The position numbers and the translations under genes were made by a program. A model generated the notes under the pieces. That model had not been told where the DNA came from and ran no database searches. It worked only from the letters and a program-made list of their open reading frames with translations. A stretch of 64,000 nucleotides of DNA from assembly GCA_022795155.1 (NCBI GenBank), contig JAAWGF010000001.1, positions 4,533-68,532 of the forward strand. The letters run 5' to 3'. The stretch comes from Bacilli bacterium. GTDB taxonomy: Bacteria > Bacillota_I > Bacilli_A > RF39 > UBA660. This document shows, piece by piece, positions 47,373 to 59,122 of the stretch (the stretch's first letter is position 1; each line of letters begins with the position of its first letter).

Positions 47373-47993
47373 ATGAAACCTATTATTGGTATTATTTTAA
47401 GACCAGATAAAAATATAACTGAAAAAAATGTTCAAATTGTTTATAATAATATTTATAAAGCTTTAAATGATTATGGAGCTAATACAATAGGTATTATAAA
47501 TGATTTGTCTAGTTTAGATTTATTAAGATTGTGTGATGGTTTTGTTTTGCAAGGTGGTAATGAAGCTACCGAATTTGATTATGAATTAGTGAAAAAATGT
47601 CATGAATTAAATATACCATTACTTGGAATTTGTTTGGGGATGCAAACAATAGGAGAAGTTTTTGGAGGAAATTTAAAAGAAACAACAATCAATATTCATA
47701 ATTCATTAGATAAATTAAAACTACATAATATTACAATTTATAAAAATACCAGACTTTTTGATATAATAGGAGAGTATAATATTAGTGTTAATAGTCGTCA
47801 TAATTATGAAATTAAAGGTCCTAATTTAACTGTATCAGCAAGAAGTGATGATGGGGTAATAGAGGCGATAGAAGATTATAATAAAAAGTTTTTTGTTGGT
47901 TTAGAATGGCATCCTGAAGATATGGTTAATTTTGATGATTATAGTAAGAAAATTTTTAAATCTTTTATTAATGCTTGTAATAAAAAAGACTAA
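47373..47993 (+). CDS. class-I glutamine amidotransferase / gamma-glutamyl-GABA hydrolase family (peptidase C26)
   Basis: GICLGMQ nucleophile elbow and EWHPE. ATG 47373 after AAAGGAGAA is preferred to TTG 47358. Confidence 0.8.
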   Translation: MKPIIGIILRPDKNITEKNVQIVYNNIYKALNDYGANTIGIINDLSSLDLLRLCDGFVLQGGNEATEFDYELVKKCHELNIPLLGICLGMQTIGEVFGGNLKETTINIHNSLDKLKLHNITIYKNTRLFDIIGEYNISVNSRHNYEIKGPNLTVSARSDDGVIEAIEDYNKKFFVGLEWHPEDMVNFDDYSKKIFKSFINACNKKD

Positions 47994-48646
47994 CCAATTT
48001 TATTTACTTTTTGGCTAGTTTTTTTGTTTTCATTTATTTCTATATAAGAATTGTATAATTCGGGATTAAAATAATATATTTGTAGTAATTTATTTATAAT
48101 TAGGCTAATATCATTTATACAATGAAATTTAGAAAAATATTCTCTAAGTTTTATCAGCTCATTTCCATTATTTTTCGCTAATTTTTTATATTGCATGTAT
48201 TTTTGCATCTTAGCCAACGTTTCATTATCTTTATATTTTTTTTCTATATAACTATATGTTTTAATAAATTCATCAAGAATATTCAAGAAATTATGATTTT
48301 CAAGTGTATTTAAAATTTTATCATCATTTGGAAAGATGCCACAACACATAAAGAATATTTTTTCAACATCATTATTAAGTGGAATGTCTTTAGTATTTGC
48401 TTTATATAAAAAATATTTTTCCAATGTTTGATGACTTGGATTATTTTCTGTATTTGGAATTACTGTTGTATTTGGACACATTTTATTTGATGATGCAGTT
48501 TTAGTTACTTTTCTTATACTAATTGGAGAATTATTATATTTATATGTATATTTATTGTATTCATATGATGCATATTGTTTTATATATCTTAATCTTTCAT
48601 TATCAATTGTACTTAATTCATTAGCGCCAAATAATTCATTGTTCAT
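47990..48646 (-). CDS. hypothetical protein
   Basis: 218-aa ORF. I recognise no family. Confidence 0.55.
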   Translation of the reverse strand: MNNELFGANELSTIDNERLRYIKQYASYEYNKYTYKYNNSPISIRKVTKTASSNKMCPNTTVIPNTENNPSHQTLEKYFLYKANTKDIPLNNDVEKIFFMCCGIFPNDDKILNTLENHNFLNILDEFIKTYSYIEKKYKDNETLAKMQKYMQYKKLAKNNGNELIKLREYFSKFHCINDISLIINKLLQIYYFNPELYNSYIEINENKKTSQKVNKIG

Positions 48647-48762
48647 TCTATTTTCCCCCTTTTTCCTTGTACTATTATAATATAAAAGATAAAAAAGTCA
48701 ACATTAAAATTTATATTTGCTATTTAGTGGAAAATAATATATAATCATCATTATGAAGGTGA

Positions 48763-49889
<1,127 letters not shown>

Positions 49890-49890
<1 letters not shown>

Positions 49891-50990
49891 TGAAAAATAT
49901 TTTTAATTATATAAGTAATTATGGCAACTTGTCTTTTTTACAAGTGCCATTTAATGACGTTGATAATTTGATTTTTTCCTCTTTAGTGTATGTTGATTTT
50001 TCTACTGATACAGATGTTAATAATTTAACAATAAATAAAATTTCCGAGATTTACTTTAAAAACCATACTAATTCGCAAATCATAAAAAATATTATTGCTA
50101 TTAAAACTGGTATTAAAGTTTTAAATTTAATAAAAGATACAGTTAGATATAAAGATTTAGTAATTAGTAATTATGAGTATGTTTCATCAAATGATACGCA
50201 GTTTTGCGCTATGATTATTAAAATAAATGAAGATACTAATTATATTGCCTTTGAGGGAACAGATCATTTAATCAGTGGTTGGAAAGAAGACTTTGAGCTT
50301 GCTTATAAATTTCCTGTCAAAGCTCAAGAATTGGCAATTGATTATTTAAATAAAAATATAAAATTATCAAGTAAAAATATTATTGTTGGTGGGCATTCTA
50401 AGGGTGGTAATTTAGCCCTTGTAGCTAGTATGTATTGTAAATTTTGGAAACGAAAAAAAATCATCAAAATTTATAATAATGATGGCCCGGGATTAAGAAA
50501 AGAACAAATTGGGTCAAAACAATACCGAATAATTGAAAAAAGGTTAATGCATATTATACCTAATTATAGTTTTATTGGGTTATTATTAAGACATGGTAAT
50601 AATTATAAAGTAGTTTATTCTTATGAAAAGGGAATATTTGCCCACAATTTAGCTAACTGGAAAGTAGAAGGAACAAAGTTGGTATCAGCTAAATTAAGTT
50701 TTTTAAGTCAAGAATTAGATCATGGTATTATAAAATGGTTGGATAAGTATAATGACGAAGAAAGAAAAAATTTTGTTGAGGCTTTATTTGATATATGTAA
50801 TCGTGCAGGTATTAATAACTTGTTAGATTATAAGGATGATAAATTTAATAGTACAATTAAATTTATTAAAGAAACAAAAAATTTAGATTCAAATACAAAA
50901 TCGATGATAATTGATTTATTTAAATTTTTAATTAAATATTGTACAAATGATTTTAAAAATAATTTGTTTACAAAAAATAGGGAAGATTAA
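49890..50990 (+). CDS. DUF2974 / Mbeg1-like alpha/beta-hydrolase (lipase-like)
   Basis: AFEGTDHLISGWKEDF and the nucleophile elbow GGHSKGGNLA. Confidence 0.7.
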
Positions 50991-52264
50991 ATTTTAATTT
51001 TATGCCTTAATTTTAATAAGGTATAAATATTTATAATAGCGAGCATAGCTACAAGACAATCGACTGTATCCCAAAGACTAGTTGATGAAATAATACAACC
51101 AATAAATAAGAAGATGATGGTAATTACTTTTACGATTATTAATTGTTGATGACTAATTTTTGGTTTAAAAAATTTAAGATTAGATTCGATATAATAATAT
51201 CCTGTTAGAATGGTTGAGAAAGCGAAGAATAAAATAGAAATAAAAATGATGATATTACCGACACTACCTAAGTGATAAGTAAAAGCATATTGAGTTATTT
51301 CAATACCATTAATATCGCTAAAATTCATTATGTTATAATTTGATGTCATAATGATTAAGGCAGTCGAAGTACAAATGAGCAAAGTAGTAATATAGATACC
51401 TAACATTTGAACATATCCAGTTTTTATTGGACTATTATCGGAAGTGGTCGAAGAAGCAATACTACCAGTACCAAGACCTGACTCATTTGCAAAAATTCCT
51501 CTTTGAATACCAATTATTAGAGTAGCCATAAATCCTGTAAAAAATGGTTTAAAATCAAAGGCACTTTTTAAAATTGTCAATAGAACATTTGGAATAATTG
51601 TGATATTCTTGATAATAATTGTAATAGCTACTAATAAATATAAAAATGTCATAGTAGGGACTATTTTATTAGAAGCCTTACTTATTTTTTCGATACCGCC
51701 AAAAATAATGAAAGCCGAAATCCCACATAAAATTAAACCAATAATAATAGGATTAATTGTCATAAATTCATTAATTGATTTAGTTATGGTGTTAGCTTGA
51801 ATGGGAATAAAACCAATAAGGTAACAAAGAATTATTAAAATCGCACTAAAAATTGCGAGTTTTTTTTTCTTTAATCCATTTTTAATATAATAACTAGGTC
51901 CGCCTTTATAAATATTTCCTTCATCTTTTTCTTTATATATAATGCCCACATAGGTTTCGGCAAAAGTATTAGATGCGGATATTAAAGCCATTATCCACAT
52001 CCAAAAAATAGTTCCTGGACCACCAATATAAATCGCAAGGGCAACACCAGCAATACTACCTACACCAATTTTTCCAGCGAGTGTTAACATTAGTGTTGAA
52101 AAGGGACTAATGCCTTTAGTATCTTTATTTTTTTTTAATGTACTTGATAATATGTTTTTAATATTTAATTGGATAAATTTTAGTTTTAGAGTAAAATAAA
52201 TGCCCGATATAATAATAAGAGCTGATGCGATAGCCCATAATAATTTATTAGTTAGAACAATCAT
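50987..52264 (-). CDS. alanine/glycine:cation symporter (AGCS) family transporter
   Basis: 425 aa, polytopic, with an N-terminus typical of sodium:alanine symporters. Confidence 0.85.
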   Translation of the reverse strand: MIVLTNKLLWAIASALIIISGIYFTLKLKFIQLNIKNILSSTLKKNKDTKGISPFSTLMLTLAGKIGVGSIAGVALAIYIGGPGTIFWMWIMALISASNTFAETYVGIIYKEKDEGNIYKGGPSYYIKNGLKKKKLAIFSAILIILCYLIGFIPIQANTITKSINEFMTINPIIIGLILCGISAFIIFGGIEKISKASNKIVPTMTFLYLLVAITIIIKNITIIPNVLLTILKSAFDFKPFFTGFMATLIIGIQRGIFANESGLGTGSIASSTTSDNSPIKTGYVQMLGIYITTLLICTSTALIIMTSNYNIMNFSDINGIEITQYAFTYHLGSVGNIIIFISILFFAFSTILTGYYYIESNLKFFKPKISHQQLIIVKVITIIFLFIGCIISSTSLWDTVDCLVAMLAIINIYTLLKLRHKIKI

Positions 52265-52402
52265 TTAAATCACTCCTTCTAAATTTATTTTATCTATTAT
52301 ATAACGTTTATATGTGATTTATTAGTAGACAAAAAGTAACAAAAAATATTTACAATTGAAAATGATAATGTTAAAATAGATAGAAAAGATGGAGGTATTT
52401 TT

Positions 52403-53317
52403 ATGTTAAGTAAAAAACAAATTGCTGAATTAAAGAAAGTATTAATTGAAAACTTAAAGAATTATAATTGTGAAGAAAAAATAAAACTTAATATAGCACC
52501 AAAATTATTAAGAAAATTAATTTTCCAAAAGGGAAAAGATGATAACAACAATGTGTATATGGAATTTGATGGTGAATTAAAAGAGTTATGTAAAAAGTTA
52601 GTTCTTACAGGCGTTTCTTTTGCTAATTTTGTTGCTGAAAATTTTGATTTTAGTGATTATTATGGGGTTGAAATAAATCCGCAAACACTTTATGGTAAAA
52701 ATTTATATAGCACAATACTAAAAGGCGTGAAGATTAATGGTAGTTTTGATGATTGCTATATATCAAAGGCTAATTTTACAGGTAGTAGAGGAGCAAAAGT
52801 AAATCCACAAACGCTTTGGCATAAAGATTTAGGAGAAACAGTATTGTGTGATGCAATAATTATTGGCCCATTAAAAGAAGGTTGTAATTTGAAAAAAACT
52901 AATTTTACAGGAGCAATTTTTGATAAGCTATGTTATAGAAAAATAGATCCACAGACTATTTTAAATAAATGCTTATATGGTACCAATTTAAAGGGTATGA
53001 TTATTGATGGCCATTTATATGATTGTAATCTTGAATATACTAAATTTCCAGGTAGCGAGGGAGCAATAATTATTCCGCAAAGAATAGATGGCAAAAGTTT
53101 AGAGGGAGCCATATTAAAAGATGCCACAATTTATGGTTCACTAGAGAATTGTGTTATTCGCAATACAAAATTTGAAGGAAGCAAGGGTACTGTTATGAGT
53201 TATGAACAATATTGTGAATTGCAACAAAAAAACGATTTAACTGATGTTAAAATTGATTATGAATATATGGAAAATTTAGAAGAAATAAAAAAAGCCTTCC
53301 AAATGGTAAAAAAATAG
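52403..53317 (+). CDS. repeat protein with four ~46-aa pentapeptide-like modules
   Basis: Modules start (I/V)NPQTL / IDPQTI / IIPQRI, and each ends (N/K)F(T/P/E)GS-GA. Confidence 0.6.
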   Translation: MLSKKQIAELKKVLIENLKNYNCEEKIKLNIAPKLLRKLIFQKGKDDNNNVYMEFDGELKELCKKLVLTGVSFANFVAENFDFSDYYGVEINPQTLYGKNLYSTILKGVKINGSFDDCYISKANFTGSRGAKVNPQTLWHKDLGETVLCDAIIIGPLKEGCNLKKTNFTGAIFDKLCYRKIDPQTILNKCLYGTNLKGMIIDGHLYDCNLEYTKFPGSEGAIIIPQRIDGKSLEGAILKDATIYGSLENCVIRNTKFEGSKGTVMSYEQYCELQQKNDLTDVKIDYEYMENLEEIKKAFQMVKK

Positions 53318-53431
53318 GGATAAATTTCCTATTTTTCTTTTAAATTAAATAAATTCTATTAAAAATAAGCAAAAAGTATTAAAAAAATTAAAAAATAATG
53401 TTAAAATGTTTATAGTAATGAGGGTGATACG

Positions 53432-54982
53432 ATGGATAAACATAAGGGTGAACAAAATATAATTCAAACAGTTATTAATGGATCGTTATTTTTTATTGTT
53501 TTAGCAATACAGATAGTTGTATTAATTTTGTTATATAGAGGAACTAGCAATTTACTTTTATATTCAGAAATTATTTTTAATGTAATTAAAATTTGTTCCG
53601 TTATTTATATTGTTGCAAAACCAATTAATCCTTCTTATAAGATTACTTGGATTGTTTTAATTACGATTTTACCAGTTTTGGGTGTTTTACTATTTTTACT
53701 ATTAGGAAATATCAGTATACCAAAAAGATTGCAAAAGAATATTGATAAAAATAGAAAATTATCACAAAAGTTTTTAAATTGTAAAAAAGAAGATTATATG
53801 ATTTTAAAAGAAATGGATATTCATAAATATAAGCAAGCCTGTTTTTTAACAAATACTTCAGAATTTCCAATTTATCGTAGTAATAAAATCGAATATTTAA
53901 ATATTGGAGAAGTTTATTTTGAAAAAATGCTTGCTGATTTAAAAAAGGCCGAAAAGTATATATTTTTGGAGTATTTTATTATTGCTAAAAGTAGTATGTG
54001 GGATAGGCTTTATGAGGTTTTAAAAGATAGAAGTGAGCATGGGGTTAAAATTTATATTTTAACTGATCAAATAGGGTGCAACTTTCGTCTTCCTGATGGT
54101 TTCAAAAATCATTTTAATTTAGAAAATATAACAACTAAAATGTTTAATCCTATTCTACCATTTATATCAATTCATATGAATTATCGTGATCATCGAAAGA
54201 TTACCGTTATTGATGGAAAATTTGCTTATACAGGTGGTATTAATATAGGTGACGAATATATTAATAAAACGAAAAGTTTAGGTCATTGGAAAGATTTTGG
54301 AGTTAGAGTTACTGGTAAAGCAGTTACCAATTTGGCGATTATGTTTTTAAGAATGTGGAATATTGGTAATAAGGATAATTTCCTTAATTATGAAGATTAT
54401 ATTTTAGAAGAACCAGATTATCCAAATGACGATAATGGTTTCATTTTGCCTTTTTGTGATGGTCCAAATAATCGCAATAATCCGGCTGAAAATACTTATA
54501 TTAATATGATTAATAATGCGAAAAAAAGTGTTTATATAACGACACCTTATCTAATATTAGATAATGAATTATTGACTTCACTTACTAATGCTGCTTGTAG
54601 CGGAATTGATGTTAGAATTGTGATTCCGCATATTCCTGATAAAAAAATTGTCTTTACACTATCGCGTTCATTCTATGATAAATTGTTAAAGGCTGGTGTC
54701 AAAATTTATGAGTATGAGATAGGATTTATTCATGGTAAATCTTGTATTGTTGATGGTGAAGTTGCTGTTGTAGGTACGATAAATTTTGATTTTAGAAGTT
54801 TATATTTACATTATGAGTGTGGCGTTTGGTTATATAATACGGGGACTGAAAAGAAAATGACAGAGGATTTTTTTGATACTTTGGATAAATCAATTCAAAT
54901 AAAATATGAAGCTTGGAAGAAAAGATCGGTATTTAAAAAAATATTTGAGGCAATATTGGTTGTAATTGCGCCATTACTTTAA
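53432..54982 (+). CDS. cls: cardiolipin synthase
   Basis: Two N-terminal TM segments and two HKD motifs (HRKITVIDG and HGKSCIVDG). Confidence 0.9.
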   Translation: MDKHKGEQNIIQTVINGSLFFIVLAIQIVVLILLYRGTSNLLLYSEIIFNVIKICSVIYIVAKPINPSYKITWIVLITILPVLGVLLFLLLGNISIPKRLQKNIDKNRKLSQKFLNCKKEDYMILKEMDIHKYKQACFLTNTSEFPIYRSNKIEYLNIGEVYFEKMLADLKKAEKYIFLEYFIIAKSSMWDRLYEVLKDRSEHGVKIYILTDQIGCNFRLPDGFKNHFNLENITTKMFNPILPFISIHMNYRDHRKITVIDGKFAYTGGINIGDEYINKTKSLGHWKDFGVRVTGKAVTNLAIMFLRMWNIGNKDNFLNYEDYILEEPDYPNDDNGFILPFCDGPNNRNNPAENTYINMINNAKKSVYITTPYLILDNELLTSLTNAACSGIDVRIVIPHIPDKKIVFTLSRSFYDKLLKAGVKIYEYEIGFIHGKSCIVDGEVAVVGTINFDFRSLYLHYECGVWLYNTGTEKKMTEDFFDTLDKSIQIKYEAWKKRSVFKKIFEAILVVIAPLL

Positions 54983-55011
54983 ATTATAAAAAATTATGGA
55001 GGTAAGATATA

Positions 55012-55212
55012 ATGGGTTTAAGATTTCATAAAACAATTAAGTTAGGACCACTAAATATTAATTTTAGCAAGAGTGGAATAGGATTTAGTGTTGGTACTAA
55101 AGGGGCACGTGTAGGAAGAACAGCTAAAGGTAATATTAGAACATCGGTTGGTATTCCTGGTACAGGAATTTCTTATGTAACAGAAAAAAGTACTAAAAAG
55201 AAAAAAGATTAG
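55012..55212 (+). CDS. DUF4236 small protein
   Basis: MGLRFHKTIKLGPLNINFSKSGIGFSVG... is the typical DUF4236 N-terminus. Confidence 0.7.
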   Translation: MGLRFHKTIKLGPLNINFSKSGIGFSVGTKGARVGRTAKGNIRTSVGIPGTGISYVTEKSTKKKKD

Positions 55213-55256
55213 GTTATTTAATTGATGTTTTTAATTAAAATGTAAGGATGTAAGTT

Positions 55257-57080
55257 ATGAGTAAAGTAATATTAGGAATATCTGCTTATTATCATGATTC
55301 AGCGGCTAGTTTGATTATCGATGATAAAATAATAGCTGCTGCTCAAGAAGAGCGCTTTTCGCGTTTAAAGGGGGATGCTTCTTTTCCACATTTGGCTATT
55401 AATTATTGTTTAAATGAGGCTGGATTAACCTTGGAAGAGGTTGATTCAATTGTTTTTTATGAAGATTATTTAAATAAATTTCAAAGGATTTTGATGACAC
55501 ATCATTTAAATGTACCAAATGGGTTGAAGAGTTTTTTGGCTTCTATGCCTAAATGGTTAACTAAAAATTTGTGGTTAGAACAACAAATAAAAAAGGAATT
55601 GGGAATCAAAAAAAGAATTAATTTTATTGACCACCATTATTCACATGCAGCTAGTGCTTTTTATCCATCACCATATGAAAAAGCTGCGATATTGACTATT
55701 GATGGCGTTGGAGAATGGGCAACAACAACATATGGAATTGGCGATAAAAATAAAATAACATTGTTAAAAGAGTTAGATTTCCCAGATTCAATAGGATTAT
55801 TGTATTCAACATTTACATATTATACAGGCTTTAAAATAAATAGTGGTGAATATAAATTAATGGGACTAGCGCCATATGGAAAACCTATTTATGTTGATTT
55901 AATTAAAGAAAATTTATTACATATTTTTGATGATGGATCAATTAAGTTAAACCAAGATTATTTTGGTTATACTAAAGGGTTGACTATGTCTAATAAAAAA
56001 TTTAATGATTTGTTTGGTGGTAATCCTCGTAAACCTGAGGGTCCTATAACGCAAAAAGAGATGGATATTGCTGCTAGTATTCAGCTTATTATTAATGAAA
56101 TAATGCTGAAATTAGCTAATCATGTTTATAAGGAAACAAAATGTGAAAATTTAGTATTAGCTGGTGGTGTTGCTTTAAATGTTGTAGCAATTGGTTATTT
56201 AAAACAAAATTCTAAATTTAAGAATATTTGGGTTCAACCAGCTAGTGGAGATTCTGGAGGTTCGTTAGGCTGTGCTTTAGCTTTTTATTATAAAGATAAT
56301 ATGCGGGCTGTTAATTTTAATGATTCAATGCAAGGAGCTTTTTTAGGACCAAAAATTGAAGAAAGTAATGATGAGGTAGATTTAAAGTTAAAGGCGATAG
56401 GAGCTGTCTTTAGTGAGTTTTCTTTAGAAGAGTTAACTGAAAAAATTGTCTTGTGTCTTGTTAATAATAAAGTAGTTGGTATTGCTCGTGATAGGTTAGA
56501 GTTTGGTCCAAGAGCTTTAGGTCATCGTTCTATTTTAGCTAATGCCCAAAATATTGAGACACAATCACTTTTAAATTTAAAAATAAAAAAAAGAGAGAGT
56601 TTTAGACCTTTTGCGCCTATTGTTCTTGAAGAAGAGGCTAAAAATTATTTTGATATTTCTGATGCGTCTCCTTATATGTTATCTACTTATTATATAAAAG
56701 AAGATAAACGCATTAAACAAGACGATGCTTTATTTGGGATGGAGTTATTGAATCAAAAAAGATCAGATATTCCAGCTGTAACACATATTGATTATTCAGC
56801 TCGTGTTCAGACTGTGGATAAAGATAGAAACCTTTTTATATATGATTTATTAAAAAAATATAAAGCAAAAACAGGGTGTAGTGTGTTAGTTAATACATCT
56901 TTTAATGTCCGCGGCGAACCGATTGTTAACAGCGAATTTGATGCTTTTAATTGTTTTATGAATACTGATATGGACTATGTTGTAATAGGCAATCGTTTTT
57001 TTGATAAAAGAGAACAAAACATGGAACTATATAAGAAAAGGATGGGTAAATACCTGAAAAGAGGTGTTCAACTTGATTGA
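55257..57080 (+). CDS. carbamoyltransferase (NodU/CmcH family)
   Basis: ILGISAYYHDSAASL...AAQEERFSRLK N-domain and a C-terminal ...NTSFNVRGEPIV domain. 607 aa. Confidence 0.9.
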   Translation: MSKVILGISAYYHDSAASLIIDDKIIAAAQEERFSRLKGDASFPHLAINYCLNEAGLTLEEVDSIVFYEDYLNKFQRILMTHHLNVPNGLKSFLASMPKWLTKNLWLEQQIKKELGIKKRINFIDHHYSHAASAFYPSPYEKAAILTIDGVGEWATTTYGIGDKNKITLLKELDFPDSIGLLYSTFTYYTGFKINSGEYKLMGLAPYGKPIYVDLIKENLLHIFDDGSIKLNQDYFGYTKGLTMSNKKFNDLFGGNPRKPEGPITQKEMDIAASIQLIINEIMLKLANHVYKETKCENLVLAGGVALNVVAIGYLKQNSKFKNIWVQPASGDSGGSLGCALAFYYKDNMRAVNFNDSMQGAFLGPKIEESNDEVDLKLKAIGAVFSEFSLEELTEKIVLCLVNNKVVGIARDRLEFGPRALGHRSILANAQNIETQSLLNLKIKKRESFRPFAPIVLEEEAKNYFDISDASPYMLSTYYIKEDKRIKQDDALFGMELLNQKRSDIPAVTHIDYSARVQTVDKDRNLFIYDLLKKYKAKTGCSVLVNTSFNVRGEPIVNSEFDAFNCFMNTDMDYVVIGNRFFDKREQNMELYKKRMGKYLKRGVQLD

Positions 57081-57108
57081 TTGTTATATTAATAAAAGAC
57101 GCCAAATA

Positions 57109-57648
57109 ATGAAAAAAAATCAAGAGAAAGATAATTATATTTTTGGCTTATTTTTTGGCTTTATTTTGTTGTTACTAAATATATCTATTTTTTTATCGAC
57201 ACCTGATATTAAAGTTTTAAATTATGTTAACATAATTTTTATGATATTAGGTTGTATGTTTATTTTAGTAGCTACTATTTACCCTAATGCATTAGGTTTA
57301 GTACATAAGTTATTAAATAAATTATTTAATATTATTGGAAATTTAATTTTTAAAATTTTTTTAACAATTCTTTATTTTATATTAGTACTTCCAATTGGTT
57401 TAATTATTAAATCAAAAGAAAAAAAAGAGATTAGGAAAAAATCTACTAACTTTATTAATTATAAAAGTAATAATAATTTAGAGGGTAATAAAAAAGGGTT
57501 TTATAATATATTTCTTATTTTTAAATTGTTTAATAATGAACGTTATGCATTGATGTTACCATTAATAATAGTTTTAATAGCAATTGGCTTTTTATTAATA
57601 TTTGTACAGTCAAGTGTAATAGCTCCATTTATATATACGTTATTTTAA
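57109..57648 (+). CDS. membrane protein: SxtJ-like N-terminal part fused to a DUF5989 (SxtK-like) C-terminal part
   Basis: Multi-TM N-terminal half. The C-terminal ...ERYALMLPLIIVLIAIGFLLIFVQSSVIAPFIYTLF matches my recollection of the DUF5989 ending APFIYTLF. The start is uncertain (GTG 57064 or ATG 57109). Confidence 0.6.
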   Translation: MKKNQEKDNYIFGLFFGFILLLLNISIFLSTPDIKVLNYVNIIFMILGCMFILVATIYPNALGLVHKLLNKLFNIIGNLIFKIFLTILYFILVLPIGLIIKSKEKKEIRKKSTNFINYKSNNNLEGNKKGFYNIFLIFKLFNNERYALMLPLIIVLIAIGFLLIFVQSSVIAPFIYTLF

Positions 57649-57659
57649 TTGGAGGTTTT

Positions 57660-59102
57660 ATGAAAGAATATTTAAAAAAATTAATTTTGCGAATTATCAT
57701 TTTGATAAGTATTGTTATAATTATACCATTTGTATTAGAATTTTTGGCCTCACTATCAAAGGGACGACAATTATATAACGAATGGCATTATGAAGATGAA
57801 CTTATAAATCAAATGAATACTGATAAACTTCAAAATAAAAACTGGGGTTCAAATCCTTTATGGCTTCATGAGGGAGAAACATTACCTTTTAAACGTGAAG
57901 GAGTTAAACGTATTTTAGTTGTTGGTGATTCTTATATTTGGGGTGATGGATATTCTAACGCTAACCATATTTGGTGGCAACAATTTAGGCAAAAGTTAAA
58001 AGAAAGTGGCTATAATAATGTTGAAATAGTTGCAGCTGGAGTTGGTGGCTATAGTACGCAACAGGAATTTGAGGATGTTATAAAAAATGAAGAATTAATG
58101 AATTTAGTAGATCCTGATTTAATTGTTATTGGTTTTGTTAATAATGATCCTGAATTTAGAAATGAAAATTATGAGACTTATTATAAAGTTATTAATTCAG
58201 GTGATCTGTTTTATGATAGTGATAATTTTTTTATTAATAAATATAAAGAATTATTTCCTTTTAGTTATAATGGATTATGTTTACTTTTATATGATAAATT
58301 TGAATATAATGAAACTTTTCATAGCTATTTTGGTTTAAGTTATTGGACTTGGCTATCTATTATTAGTAGTGATTATTGGTTAAATAAGTATGAAACGGAA
58401 GTTATTAAACCTCTTAAGGATTATTTTGAAAATGATTTAGATATTCCATATTTCTTTTATATTACTTATAATGATATGGAACCTGGAATTGAAAACATAA
58501 TGAATATGTTTGAAGATAATAATATTAAATATTATTTTGCTCCAAATTATTTTATTAATAAAGCTTATGATGAATATTATCATGTTAATTTAGCTATTAA
58601 TCCAGCAAATAATCATCCATCAGTTGTTCTTTGTAAAGAATTTGCAGAAGTATTAGTAAAAATATTAGAAAGTGATTACTCTGAATTTTTAGGCGAAAAA
58701 GAAATTTATACACCAAATCTTAATATTAATGATTGGATGCCACATATGTTAAATGTTATTAAAGTTTCTGATAATATGTATAGTTTTGTTTATCCAGCTA
58801 GTGAAACGGAAAGGGCATTTTTGACATTGCCAGCTCATAAACCATATGTTAAATTGAATTTGGAAGAGCCATTAACAATTTCTAATATTTCTATTGAGGG
58901 CGATAATATAGAAGAAATAGAGGTGTTTGTTAATAAAATTAATAAAAAGTTAGGATATGATGATCAGGATTTATATTCATTAGGGGTTTTAACAGAAAGT
59001 TTCGAATGGGAAGTTAGCGATAAAGAGTTAATAACTTCAATTAATATTAGCGCAAAAATAAAAAATGGGGAACAAGCTAATTTGTTGATTAAAATTAATT
59101 AA
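57660..59102 (+). CDS. membrane-anchored extracytoplasmic SGNH/GDSL hydrolase-fold protein
   Basis: N-terminal TM segment. Block I VVGDSYIWGDG, block II GVGGYS, block III GFVNNDP, and block V-like NNHPS. Confidence 0.7.
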   Translation: MKEYLKKLILRIIILISIVIIIPFVLEFLASLSKGRQLYNEWHYEDELINQMNTDKLQNKNWGSNPLWLHEGETLPFKREGVKRILVVGDSYIWGDGYSNANHIWWQQFRQKLKESGYNNVEIVAAGVGGYSTQQEFEDVIKNEELMNLVDPDLIVIGFVNNDPEFRNENYETYYKVINSGDLFYDSDNFFINKYKELFPFSYNGLCLLLYDKFEYNETFHSYFGLSYWTWLSIISSDYWLNKYETEVIKPLKDYFENDLDIPYFFYITYNDMEPGIENIMNMFEDNNIKYYFAPNYFINKAYDEYYHVNLAINPANNHPSVVLCKEFAEVLVKILESDYSEFLGEKEIYTPNLNINDWMPHMLNVIKVSDNMYSFVYPASETERAFLTLPAHKPYVKLNLEEPLTISNISIEGDNIEEIEVFVNKINKKLGYDDQDLYSLGVLTESFEWEVSDKELITSINISAKIKNGEQANLLIKIN

Positions 59103-59122
59103 GTAGTAGGAAGTGATTTAAT

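Noticed and set aside
52265..52402. A glycine riboswitch upstream of the alanine/glycine:cation symporter gene.
   Set aside because: The leader is short and almost pure A/T, and it has none of the conserved G/C-rich glycine-aptamer core.
58123..58338. A 71-aa same-strand ORF inside the SGNH gene, in another frame.
   Set aside because: It is embedded in a longer ORF that has clear SGNH motifs, and its translation is an Ile/Leu-rich artefact.
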